The notes beneath the pieces are model-generated. The model saw nothing but the letters and a program-made list of their open reading frames with translations, made no database searches and had not been told where the DNA came from. From positions 3,906,001-3,970,000 of the forward strand of contig CM022674.1 in assembly GCA_012295275.1 (NCBI GenBank): 64,000 nucleotides of DNA, given 5' to 3'. The position numbers and the translations under genes were made by a program. This DNA is from Chrysomallon squamiferum (taxonomy: Eukaryota > Animalia > Mollusca). Of the stretch, positions 1-17,532 are shown in pieces (position 1 is the first letter of the stretch; the number at the start of each line of letters is the position of its first letter).

Positions 1-93
1 AATAATATTATTATTATTATTATTAATTAATTAATTAATTATATATACAAACATACATATATACCCACACACACATATATGTATGTATGTATG

Positions 94-182
<89 letters not shown>

Positions 183-509
183 TTATTTATTTCAAATACG
201 AAAGTTAAGTAAAAAATAAATAAAGAAAAGAAAGAAAAGATAGGAAATTACAAAAACGAACATCAAACTTATTTTAGTAATATGTTTTTTCTCCACAGTT
301 AGAAGCCTTGTTAAAATGTAATACTAATTTATTACTAGCAGAAAATAAATAATTTAATTTTACATTAGATATCGATTTCATTACTGTCACCTGTGAATAT
401 GGAGACACATTATATATGATAGCTCATAAACATGACACTAAATATAACCTACATGCCAATAATAATGTTGTTGTTTTTTTGTGTATAGAAAGAAAGAAAG
501 AAATTTCAC

Positions 510-4077
<3,568 letters not shown>

Positions 4078-4223
4078 AAAAATCGTATGTATGTTAAAGT
4101 TAGGAATTTAAAGGACTGAATCAGCAATTTTTTTTTTTTGTAACTATTTTCAAGCTAATTTTATCTTCTTTTTTTTTTTTTGTTTAGCTTTATGGAAAAG
4201 TACTTTTTCTGTTGTCTCCAAAT

Positions 4224-4304
<81 letters not shown>

Positions 4305-4349
4305 TGATCCCTCGTTATCTAATTTTTACAGGCTCATTAATATTTTTCT

Positions 4350-4660
4350 CCATGTAAAGCGTTATAACATTATTTTGTGACATACCATTCTCGTTTTATT
4401 ATTATTTTTTAAAATTTCATTTTGCGTGCGTGTGTGTGTGTGTGCATGAGTGTGTGTGTGTGTCTGTCTAATTTCGTGGCTAGATGCTTCCTTATTAAGA
4501 ACGTCATACAGATCTTCGTTTGGTTCATATTTAAACAAAAGCAGTGCAAAAAAAAAAAATAGTTAACTAAAACGTTTCGTTTTCCTTGAAAAAAAAAACA
4601 AAAAAAAAACAGATAACTTTTTCTTCTTTTGCAACTGTTAGAATTAATTTTCTAGAATAG
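4350..4660 (-). pseudogene. Inverted degenerate copy A of the DNAJC16 5' end (5'UTR, exon 1, donor)
   Basis: Reverse-complement match to ~8421-8670, e.g. atttcgtggctagatgc, catacagatcttcgtttg, tagaattaattttctagaat. Interrupted by (TG)n and poly(A). Confidence 0.8.
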
Positions 4661-5684
4661 ATTTACACCGGGAGCACGAAAATTCTAACACGTTCACTTG
4701 CGATGGAAGTAAAAGCTGTCGTGAATATTCATTTGCAGCACGGAGAGACTGAAGCAAAAGCGCTCATGAATATTTAATTACAAGACGTAAAGCGCGAACG
4801 GATATAAAGTTGCTAATGAATATTCATAGCGGTACGTGTCCCGTCACATGGTTCTGACATTTTATTCAAAATGGCGGTAACATTTATCCATCGGTAATAT
4901 TTTTACCAGATATCTGTTAATCACATTATGGAGGTGTCTGAAATTTTTTCTTAAAATGGTGATTGTGCTGTTAAAAAAGGTAACACGAATGACGTATAAA
5001 ACTTTTGTTTGCATTTTCTCTGTGTTTGTTTTGAAAATAATTAATAACAGTAAAAAAAATAAAAAAATAAAAAAATAAAAAAAAAGAAGAAAAAGAAAGA
5101 TGTCTGTGTAACTGTCTTCATGAAACACACAGTTTGACAGCGCTCTAACAAAATGAATCCACATATTGCATACAAATAGCCAATTAACAAGTAATTTTTT
5201 ATGTTTGTCACGTGCTGCATTTGTACTATCCTCGCTAATCAATGGAGCTCTCAACTAATGTATACTCAGAATGTGGATCATTCTTAAAAAATGCACCAAA
5301 GAAGAAACGGGTAGTTGTTCAAAGAAAAATGGATGTACTGGAACTACCTATATGCGAGAAAATATACCATTTCATTAACAAAAGATACATATACAAACCG
5401 TGATGGACCGAGTCATTCTCTTACGCAAATATTTGATATAATTCATATATTTTCATCTTGGCTTTTGTTATTTATCTAGCTCTTCATGACATTTTCAGTT
5501 CTCTTTGAAATGGCTTTTGTTGTCGCTAGTACTGGTTAGGACCTAATCTTTGGATGATCTGTAGAATAAATTTAATTTATTTCTACAGAAATTTAAACTA
5601 TTATTATTTGTTTATTGCTTAATTTGTTAAATTTCACATGAAGGGTGATTGTGATTAATGCTTTGTATTTCAGCTTGAAAATCA

Positions 5685-5912
5685 CTCAAATAAAGCGTCA
5701 TAAACTTATTTTGTGACTTACGATTCTCTCGCCTGACATTTTGTTCTCCATTTCGTTGCTAGATGCAATCTTATTTATTAAGATAATCATACAGATCTTC
5801 GTTTGCTTCACTTTTGAATACAAGCAGTGCAAGAAATATGTACAAAAAATGTTTCATATTCGTTTCATATGTATTTTAACTCTGACAGACTTTGTTTTCC
5901 TGAATCGTTTTA
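5685..5912 (-). pseudogene. Inverted degenerate copy B of the DNAJC16 5' end
   Basis: Reverse-complement match to DNAJC16 exon 1: tgtgacttac-attctc, ctagatgca, catacagatcttcgtttgctt, tttgaatacaagcagtgcaagaaatatgtac. Confidence 0.8.
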
Positions 5913-5949
5913 TAGCAGGAGCATAACAAATCCAGCACGTGCATTTCCA

Positions 5950-6170
5950 AGTAAAGGTGCTCGTGAATATTCAGTTGGAACACCTCTATCGCGATCAAAG
6001 TAAACGTGCTCATGAATATTAATTTGCAAGATGTAAAAAGTGTGAGAGAAAAGTACTAATGAATATTCAATTGGAACACCTCTATCGCGATCAAAGTAAA
6101 AGTGCTCAAGAATATTCAGTTGCAAGATGTAAAAGTGTGACAGTAAAGTGCTAATGAATATTCATAACGG
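5950..6170. repeat. Degenerate ~45-50 bp tandem repeat carrying (A/G)TGAATATTCA; shorter paralog at ~4705-4830
   Basis: About five units of aaagtgctcatgaatattca-ttgcaa; ggaacacctctatcgcgatcaaagtaaa occurs twice. Confidence 0.7.
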
Positions 6171-7586
6171 TACGTTTTACCTCGCATGCGTCTGACATTT
6201 TATTCAGAATGGTCAGGAAAAAGGTTTCCCATTTTTTTTAATTTTTTTTTTTGTCAGTCCATATTTTGGTTATGTCTCTGATGTTGACGATACTACTCTG
6301 ATAAAACTGATATGTGGAAAACACGTGATGTTTATGTGCGACATCCACGATAATTTTCGAAATCGATACCATAATTTTGCCACACGTGTCTGTGTGTGTG
6401 TGTTATGCGTGTGAGTGTATGTAGCTGTTATTATTCATAACATATTTTCAATATGTATTTTTGTTCACAAAGACGTAAAATCCATGATGTTCTGTGTATT
6501 ACTCATTTTTCTTTCAAAAGGGATTTCGACTCCAGGTAACGATCTGCAGGAAATCAAGCAGCAAAGACAAAAATAAAATAAGATAAACTCTGTCCATGAA
6601 CTGTGATGACATCTACTTGTTCTAGTAATTTAACTTGTCCAAATGTTTCACTGACAGTCAACATATATTTCAATAGCAGTTTGACTGATGAATCAGACCC
6701 TGATAGGTTCACTAGCCTCCTTTGCAGTCACCTTTTTCAGTACGTCAAGACTGATGAAATTGGACAAGAATCTGCAAACCAGGAGCTTGTCTTCATCGCG
6801 GAGTTTGTCCACAGTGATTCAGCGTATAATAGCTGGACTGAAACATGATCACGTATTTCTTCTGATGACTCAGTTCTGTGGCATTAAGCTGGACAATTAA
6901 AAACGACTAAATAAACTTGTCTCTTTTAAGATTCACATTAAAAAAGAACAACTCAGAGCAGATCTGGAATCTGTAAACTATACAGATACTAAGATTTCAA
7001 AAATGTTATTTATATATTAACTTTCACCTCAGATACATTTTTTTTTTTTTAAATATGTTGTTATATTCTAACACTAATTCTCCACGTTATTTAGTTGTAT
7101 ATAGCTATATGCAGATTATAGATTGAATAGCTGAATATATGTTTTGACAGGCCTGCCATTAAGTCTTTATCTATTACATCCTAAAGATTCCGCGTACCAT
7201 AATTTGAAAGCTGATTTAACAACCATATACGAACAATAATTCGAAATCCTAAGACAACAATAAATATGGTTCAAAGGTCTTACTGACATGCATGTTGTTA
7301 CCTCAGTCATTATAATGAACTGTTCCAGATTATTTGAAAACCGATTATTATTTTTACATGGTATGGATATCGCATAACGTGTTCAAATATGACAAATATC
7401 GAAATAATCCATGTATTGAATGTTGTGAATGTCTGTAAATAATTAAAAAAAGGTCTCCATCTGAAAATGTTTATTTCGCAAAAAGTAATCACAAAAATAA
7501 AGAAATAATCAATGTATTGAATATTTCCTATCTTTTCTTCCTTTCCTCTATTCATTTTTTATTTAAATTTCGTATATATATAATTA

Positions 7587-7642
<56 letters not shown>

Positions 7643-7934
7643 CAAACAAACACAACAGCAATACCAGATGCATGTCAGACAAAAGCATCACGAAGAGAAA
7701 AACATACATAAAGGCACAACATATATTTAAGATAGATACTGAAATGTTAATAAAAAGTATTAAGTCCGCACCCGCCACTGTATCACGAACATCTGCATGA
7801 ATATCGGCATGGTCGTAAACCAAGTTATTCTGAAATTACGTTGTAAGTTCAAGGATCGATATGACCCTTAAAGATGTAGAAATTGGGAAGGATGAACATC
7901 ACGCTTGATATAACTATGAAAAACAATAATGTAA

Positions 7935-7969
<35 letters not shown>

Positions 7970-8489
7970 ACATTATTTTGCTTATGTAACTCAATAGTAA
8001 GTAGTTTCAGTTCATTCTATTTTTAATTATATGTTTCTAATTTCGTTCCACGTTTTACAACTTCCTTATAAATAATTATAACAATACTGAAATAGCTGAA
8101 TATTCAAATAATGTACTAGTTAATTTTTACTAGAATTAAAATTTGAATTACTAATTCAGAAATCAAAGGAAAAAGGACGCTGTCGAAATCGTTTTAAATT
8201 AAGTATTAGTGTGTAGATGTCCGAAAATTAACTTTTTTATTTTTATTTAAAGACTGTATAATAAAATCGTCTTCAAAATAATTAATTTCAATGGCTTAAA
8301 CTATACTTCGGTTATCGGAGAGAAACATTTAAAATAAAATAGATGAATTAGACTAGAATTCAGTCAATACGCTACTGGTAGCGTAATGCGAACTTTAGTT
8401 CAGTTTAGTGGTTTGCAACCAAACGATTCTAGAAAATTAATTCTATAAGAGTTTAAAAAGAGAAAAAATTATCTCTTTCTTCGGTGAAA

Positions 8490-10030
8490 ATGAACCATTT
8501 TTGGTACATATTTTTTGCATTGCTTGTATTCAAATGTAAAGCAAACGAAGATCTATATGATGTTCTTAATATTAATAAAGATGCATCTAGCCATGAAATA
8601 AGACAGGCGTACAAAAAATTAGCACGAGAATGGTAAGTCACAGGATAATTTTATGGTGCTTAATTTGATAATTCATGGAAAGAAATATTAATATGTGTAT
8701 AGAAATGAACTAACGACAAAACATCGAAAAGATACAATCTTTCTCTGTCTCAAAAACATTAAAAAAACAATATATATAATAAAAAAAAAAAATAATAAAA
8801 TATAATATTTAGAAAATTGTTACCAACCACCAAACCCCTCCTCACAACTCCCACAAAACCCCACAACTCCCACAAAAACCCCAAACAAATTAAAACAAAA
8901 AACCTGCCAACATACACATGCCCCCCCCCAACACATAAAAATAAAAAACTTCAATAAGGAATAAAATATAATTGTATACTGAAAAATTATTCTAGCAGTT
9001 ATATGATTTCCACATGATTTTTCAATAATTTCAGATAGAACTATATATTAATTCTGAATTTGTTTTATGCAGGCATCCGGACAAGAACAAAGCACCAGAT
9101 GCAGCTGATAAGTTTACAAAAATAAATGAAGCATATGAAGTAAGTGATAAGAAAAAAAGAAAAAGAAAAATGAATTAAGAATATTTAAATGTTAAGTGAT
9201 ATGTAATTTTTGGGGGTTATTATAATTTATTTTAAAATTAGAATAGAAAGTTTAAAGATTTAAAAACTAAATTTCCTTTGTAAAAATCAAACCCTGAAGG
9301 GATTTTGAGTTTTCAGAATTCAAATATTTATTGCAAGAAACATGTTCTTGCTTACTTACTAAACTAAGTAAAGATCAACTCATGACTATATATATATATA
9401 TTTTTTATCAGAAGTGCATACATAATCAGAAACAAAACCTGAAACAACAAGTTTATGTATTTTGGATTTACAAACATTGAAGACATAATCAGTGCAATTC
9501 TATTAATTGGCATTTAGCATACAAATGCAAGAAAACAACCCCACTACAGTCGTGCTTTGAAGACTGCATTTTTTAATTATGTATACAGACAACTTACAGA
9601 GGGAAAATAATTTCCTGACTGTTCCAGTCCTTCAAATTTTTGAAGGCTAATTTCTGTTAAATTAGTAGTCTGGTACTGCAAAATGACTGACAAAAAGAGG
9701 GTTTCAAGCTTCCAACATTTGAATGTTGATAGGACATTATTACTAGTTTATATAGTACCTCTGCCAATCAAAGTTTGAATTTTTGAATCTCAACTATTTT
9801 TAGATGGGGATGATATAGGGTAGATTGGCAAACATTATTTTCTCTTCTGATCATGTGTGTGTATGGAAAAAAAATATGTTAATAACTATATAAGAAATAT
9901 TTATAATTGACAGACTGCATTTGACAGCCAAATATTAAAATTAATTTGAAGAACTATTTTATTATATTTTATCTGTTTTTAAAATAATTGTGAGGATGTC
10001 ATATATATCTTTTTTTTTACTTGTTCTTTT

Positions 10031-10061
<31 letters not shown>

Positions 10062-13000
10062 ATTAGACTGCATTTGATAATTAACTTGTAATTTGATTAA
10101 AATGGAGTACATCTGATCTTTGTTTTTGGACATTTTGTAAGCAGTAAAGACCACCAATTACTTACTGGAACCATTTTTACTGGTGTTTGCTTAAATTCCT
10201 CAATGTGAATTCACAGTTACGTATTTAGTGTATTGAAAAAGTGGCACAAAATGCATCAGAAAAACAACTGAGTGTCTGCCAGTTTTCATGCTTCATTTCA
10301 TATTTCTTCAAGCAGAAACAAACAATAATTTTTTGTATTCAATTCACAGACACTAAGCGATCCACAGAAAAGAAGTGCATATGACAACTATGGCTACACT
10401 TCATCGCAGGAGGGACGTCGTCATAACTACCAGCAACCAGGAGGCTTCTTTCCATTTGATGACATCTTTGGTGGGGGCAACTTCAACTTCAATTTTGGCA
10501 GAGGTTCATCAGTCATTGATAAATATGCAACAACTCTGAGGTAATTATTATTATTACTATTATTATTACTTTTATCACTGTTATTGTTATAGTTTTTCAG
10601 CATGCTTGTGGTAAAAATGTTTTGGGATCATTCAATGCTGCATACAGAATAAGTTGAAGACAGTATCTTCTGTTAAAATAATGAAAAACCCCAAAGAAAC
10701 AGAAATAATAAAACACTAAACACTAAAGAGCATAGTAAAAAAACTGATCAGAAATGGATTAAGAAATAAATAAACAAATAAACAACAAAAAAAAAAAAAA
10801 AATCCCCGAACAACAACAATAAAACCCAGCAAAATGGTGGAATTTTAATTATCATTTCAGACATTTTGAGACGAGATTACAACCAGAAAGTCACAAGACA
10901 CCGTGTTTTATTTATCTGCACAGCAGTTTCTGTTTTGAGTGTATGCAGATAGAACCGTTTATTGAGAAGTTTATTTCTGAACTGGAAACAGTTGGTGAGT
11001 AATTTTATTAAGATTTTATTTTTAAGATGCTTTGTTTATATCTGGTTTAAAAGTAGAATCAAATACACTTTGAATATTAGAAAAGAAAATCAATTAGACA
11101 ACAATGCATGCCCAGTAACATAAAAAGATGTATTGTGAATCGGAGACAAAAAGGCAGTCGTCATATATCTCCTTTATAAATAGAAACGGTTTGTATTTAG
11201 ATAAATAAAACAATCACTCGGAAATAACTAGTGTGGAACTGAGAATATTTATTTTTCCTAATTAAAAGATACTGTTGTAACTGTGCAAAAGGTAGATTCA
11301 TTTCTATATTACTGGTACTTTGTACAAGCATATACTGTGTGTTATAATTTTTTTCTGATGTTTTCAGTATTAAAACGGTGTTACAACGGTGCTAATTGGT
11401 ATAAATTTTTGTTTCCTTCTTCTCTAGGTCTTTGTATTGGTACTGCTCACATGGCATCGAACAGAGGAATAGCCAGCTATCTGCGTATTCACGATGTCCC
11501 ATCTATTGTTGGGTTGGTTAATGGCCGACCCACATTTTTTAGTGGTCCAGTTAGTCTCCCTACCCTGAGAGAATTTGTGAGAAACTGGTTCCCTAAGGAT
11601 ACTTTGAACAAACGTACGATTAATTCTATTAAATTAACAAAAATAAGGGTATCCTGTTTTCCTAATTACACTCAGCTGATTTTTTAGCACAGAAAAAAGC
11701 TAATATTTATATGGTGATCTATTAATGCATAAAATATGTTATAATTCTGGGATGAAGAAAAGAGATACTCAAAATTGATCATATTTATGGATGGTATTGA
11801 AATATTTTTTTACTTGTATGTGTAACATTGTTTTATTATTATTATTATTTTGATTGATTTACTACTTACAACATTATACAAACTTTTTTTTTTTAATGTT
11901 CCAAAACTGATCTTGATTTTCATTATCATTTCATTTTTATAATTAAAAAATTAACTTAAATTGTTAAGTGGGTTATTCTGTTCCACTTCAGCCAGAGTTC
12001 ATTTTGATAAATGATGGACACATGAACAATTACTGTCAGTTTTGAAATTACGGTTGATCAAATGCAGGGTCTGTCATCCAATTTTCAGCACTCAGCTACG
12101 CCAAAATGTTTCTGGGCTATTTTTTGAAAGCTATTGACTTTTTTAATTATAAAATTAAGGAGCTAAAATTTGCTAAAATTTACATGGACTCATTTTTTTT
12201 ACACATCTATGATAGCTTTTGACCAGGAGATATCTAAAGTTTGGTTTTTTATCATTTGAAATTTACAGGTTTTTTTTAATTTTTAATATCCATTACTTAA
12301 TGATTACTTGTCCTAGATACAAACTGTTGACTGTTTTCAAGTATATAGCCATGCATTCTCCTTTTTGGGAATTTCTGAATTTGGTTACATTTGGTGCAGA
12401 ATGACCCAAATACATTTTTTGATGTCAATAATAATAATATCCTGTCATTTATTATTTTTTTTTTTTTTTTTTTTCAATCATTAGGTGAATGATAACAATT
12501 TTTATACATTTACTGGTGGCTGGAGAGACAATCATGTTCGTGCTATATTCTTCGGCAGTCGAGAAAAACCATCCACACGGTTTCTGGCCCCAGCTTTCCG
12601 TTACCGAGGCTACGTGACTTTTGGTTACGTAAACATGAAGTATCCAGGCTCAGAACAACTTATGAAACGGCTTGGAATAAATCAGTACCAAGAAACGCTG
12701 CTGATGTTTAATGAAGAAAGTACACCTGTGGCAACAGTTATTGTAAGTACTAGCATTCTGTTACCATACTAATGTAAATTATATTCGAATTATTGTATTA
12801 AAGAATTACTGCATAATATTATGTTGTAAAAAGAATCTTTGTAAATATTCTGCTTCAGATGTTCAGACTAAGATATAATCATAATAATGTTTTTACTGTT
12901 AATGGTAAATTTAAAAAAATGAAAGATATAAAAAATATTGATTGTAACTCATTAAAATTTGATTGTAAATCTTATTTTATTTCGTTGGAGAACAAATTAT

Positions 13001-14151
13001 CGTTTGAAAAATAAGAATAAAACCATTTTGTGGAATACATATTTTGAATATGCAGAATACATAAACCATACCACAGTAACACATCGACTAAATGGCAAAA
13101 GATTGTAAATATATATTAAATAACCTTTATTTATTAATTTAATTTAATTTAATTTAATTTAATTCCTAGATGAAGCAGTTACAGAGAAAAACACTAGATG
13201 AGGTTATTGAACAGAATCGCTTCCTTCTTCTGCCGAGACTTTCATCACAGAAACATTTTGATGAGCTTTGTCCTGTCCAGCCAAAAGTTACAAAGAGAAG
13301 GTAATTTAATTACGTAAATACATCTCTGCTTTCAGGTGACTAAATAAAAATATAACATAGTTGTTATGCTCGTTCTGTTTTTGAATTTATATGTAGTGAC
13401 GTTTATGATTAAGTTGAATACATCAGTGTAACAAACAAAGGCAGGAAACAATGACTCATGTGTCTTTACAAGTAGCTGTGCGTACATAGAAACAAGATGT
13501 AGAAACACAAAAATGTATACATGAATGCACATGAATGCAAACACGAAGAGAAAACAGTACGAGATACACAAACACTAAGAGATATGTACATTTATAACCA
13601 TAATTATATCCAATACCAGATATTTTATATTACATATAAAACTATTAAAAGTAGCAAAACTGATTATGATACTGGTAAATTTAATTATCTTTTCCCTCTT
13701 TTATGAGTTTCTTTGCTTAGAATTTTTAATATCTCTCTTTTTATATATATATATATTTTTTTTTTTAGCTTCTGCATTGTCTTGGTAACAAAGGAATCAC
13801 CTGATCACGACTTTCACAGAACAACATTTCGTCAATTTGCTCAGTCGTCGAAAATACCAGCAAGGAGGGTCAGATATGCTTACATTTATGAGGAAAAGCA
13901 GTCGAAGTTTATTGGTGCATTACTCAAGGGAAACAAGACCAGAAAGGAGAATGTTATAGAAGTAATTATGCAGTTTTTGGTTTCATTTTATGATTAACCT
14001 GTTTCTGTATTGGTAATGGGAAGAAAATGTTTCCTGTAGTTTATTATTATTTGTGATTCTGTTATGGTTCAGTCTTCTATAGCTGTGAAGTATGATGCAG
14101 TAGTGTTATTGATAGAGATTTAAAAAATATATATTTTTACTTGAATAAACT

Positions 14152-14217
<66 letters not shown>

Positions 14218-14995
14218 TAATAATAGTAATAATTTAATAATTCATAAAACAACAACAGACTGTTAGAATGGATATCAAATAACAGCATTAAACATGATGA
14301 CAGTCTTTAATTAACCAGAATATGATGATAATCTTGTACATAATACTAGGGTAATAATCCTCGTAAACAGTACTAATCAATTCAGTGAGGTGGAGATGAT
14401 CCTTAAACAACCATAATATTAAAATGATGACTGATAATGTTACAATTGATAATAAACAATAAAAATAATAAAAACAACTTTCACTTGGCAGGTGGCTATC
14501 ATATGGAGAGTAGATAAGAAAAAAGTTAACTACGAGTTCCTAGAAGATGGTTGGACATCTGACCCCAATCTGAACATGCTCAGTAGAAAGAAGCTGGAGG
14601 ATAGGTTAACAAGTTTGTTAACGAGCGACCATCTTTTACCTTACAGGACTACCTATCCTGAACTGTACAATGAGCATGCACTGGTGAGTTATTATTATCA
14701 TTATTGTTATTATTATTATTTTTTTTTTTTTGTATATGTATGTGTCCACCCCATGTATCAAAATGAGTGAAAATTATATATTCAGTGCATGCAGTGGTAA
14801 ATGTATTTATGCAAAATCTTTTACAGTGGGTTTCCTGAAGAATACCCAAATAATGTTTGCAGTTAAAATAATCCCCTGTAAGACTTTTATTCATGCATGC
14901 ACGCATTCACACACACGCACGCATGCACGCACATGTGCAAACACACATTCACACACAAGAAACACATATAATACAGATATATACAACCCACCCAT

Positions 14996-15033
<38 letters not shown>

Positions 15034-16572
15034 GACCATATTAGTGAATAGATCGGAGAATTGTATATCAATTTATTTTAATTATTTGTTTGTTTTGTTT
15101 TCAATTTGTTTGTTTTGTTTTGCTAAAGACAATATTTTTCTTACCCCTCTTGTTGGCTATAAAAATGGACAGATATCTATGCATTTTTATCTGTGTTGCA
15201 GTGCAGAAATAATGCATTGTTAACGTATAGTAACTGATATATTACTTTATTTATTCAGGGACTGTTAACAAGAATTTTTTATAGACTGCTTGACTGGTTT
15301 GACAGACTTTATCTCCATGCCCAAAGGTTAGTAATTTTTAAATTATTTACTGTTGATAACAATAAATATAAAGCTATTGTTTCATATTTTTGTTATTTTT
15401 TAAATTTTATGCTTGATAACGACTTAAAACTTTTGAGGTTAAATGTTATTAAATTGAATGCATTTTTTTAAATTTACAATTCATAGAAATAATAATTCAC
15501 CTTTTATTTAATTTTTACTTAAGCCCTGATTACATTTCTGGATTTATTTTGAGAGATTATTCAATACAGTGTAAATGCAATTTATTATTAAAATTATTAT
15601 TATTATTATTATTATTACTACTACTACTACTACTACTACTACTAATACTACTACTATTATTATTATTATTTTTATTTTAAAATTGTATTATATTAATATT
15701 CTTTCGAAATCAGTCATCATGAAATTTGTTTACAGCTATGATGCTACTGTTTACCTGACTGTTGTAATGTCCGTTTGTCTGGTTGTCATCATGGGACTGT
15801 TCATGCATCACTTAACATCAATGGAAGAACAACAAGTTCAGCAGACCAGAGCAGCTGCTAGAGAAATGAAACGACCACAAAGGTAAGTTTAAAAAAAATT
15901 TCACTCCCTTTGATACTTTCATAGTTGTCACCCCTGTTATTACCTTTCTTTTTATTATTATATTTTTTTTAATGAATGAATACATTTATTTCTTTTTGTT
16001 ACATATATTTCAGTTACTTATTTTGAGTCTTAGTTGAAAATCAAGATGCTTTTACAATCTTATTGTAATTGTTATCAGCTGCTTTTGCTCTTTTTCTGTT
16101 TGTTTATGATTCCTAATATGAAATGTTATTAATTAAAGTATCTGTGAATAGAAACAGACAGCAGTTTAATTTATTCGTTTATTTGATATTGACCATAATA
16201 ACTTTAGTATTTAGTGGTTTTGTATTTTTTTTTCTATTAATTTCTTTCCTTGAATATCATTGAATATATTAGCTTTATTATCTTGCTTTTTTAAAATTAA
16301 TATTTGATTTTTCTTCAGTATATCAGTTTTACTAATAATTTTGGATAATTTTTTTTTTCTTTCCTTATTACTGAATGCAACAGCTTTATTTTCTTGCTTT
16401 TTAAATAATTAATTTTTTCCTTTATTCATCAGTATAACAACTTTAATATTAATTTTTAATGCTTTTTAAATTTCATTCTTTTTTTAAATATTGAATATAA
16501 CAGCTTTATTTATTTATATATTTAATTTATTATTTATATATATTTATTTGAGTATTATTGAATATAACAGCT

Positions 16573-16603
<31 letters not shown>

Positions 16604-17532
16604 TTTGTTTGTTTGTTTATTTACTTATTTATTCATTTGTTTATTTATTTATTTATTCATTTGTTTTACAGTGTAATTCGTGACTCTAGACTACACCTCT
16701 ATGAGTTGAAATTTGAGACATATAGCAATCTGGTTAAGGAGGCTGATACAGGGCTAACTATGGTTGTGTTTGTGGATGAAACATCCATGGATCCTCTGTG
16801 TACCAAGTTTGCAACATTAATGCAGCCATATGCCAGGTAGGAAACCATTTTCTAAGTTGTTGTTTTTAATACTATTGTTAATTTTTTAAAATTTCATAAT
16901 AATAAATAATATATATATTTTTTTAATTAATGACAGATGTGTTAGTATGTATATGTTTCAGGAACACAAAGAAAATAAATAAATAATAATAAGAAACTTA
17001 ATAATTTCTGCCATTATATATTTAATATTTAAAAAAGAAGACATAACAGAATTGTTACAAAACTAAAAACAAAATAAAAGAATGTCCATCATAGATGACC
17101 ATTCAATTTTTTTACTTGAAACAGAATTATTTAATCATTTTCAATCATTTCAACAGATACAGTGCTCTGACGTTTGCATTTCTACGCCTTGAATACTACG
17201 TCAGCTGGTACCAGCATCTTCTCGAAGAGAGCCTCGACTTCAAGCTCAAACTTGACCACATCAACATCCGCAACTGCCTCGGCACTGTCCTAGCCGTCAA
17301 CGGCTACCGGAAATACTTTTACATCTACCATCCAAAGAAAATGTTGTCTTGGATGCACAGACAAACTGACGTTTCCAAATCCATTGGATTCTACAACGAA
17401 GACTCAGATTCAGAGATGGAAGAGAAGCCTGTGGAACATTTGTTGGATGGAGTTTCATTATGGGTGGACAAAGTATTTGATGGTTCAGTGAAAAAGATAA
17501 GAATTCCGTATTGGCCGGAAATGTTTTCTTGA
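8490..17532 (+). CDS. DNAJC16: DnaJ homolog subfamily C member 16 (signal peptide, J-domain, thioredoxin-like domain, TM helix)
   Basis: 13 exons: 8490-8632, 9073-9139 (HPD motif), 10350-10540, 10861-10994 (CFEC), 11428-~11612, 12485-12742, 13170-13300, 13769-13961, 14492-14683, 15259-15326, 15736-15882, 16672-16836, 17157-17532. GT-AG introns. Domain order and C-terminal RIPYWPEM fit DNAJC16. Confidence 0.9.

Noticed and set aside
11649-11660. GTATCCTG as a second U12 donor
   Set aside because: Imperfect match and no CCTTAAC-like branch site before the 12485 acceptor.
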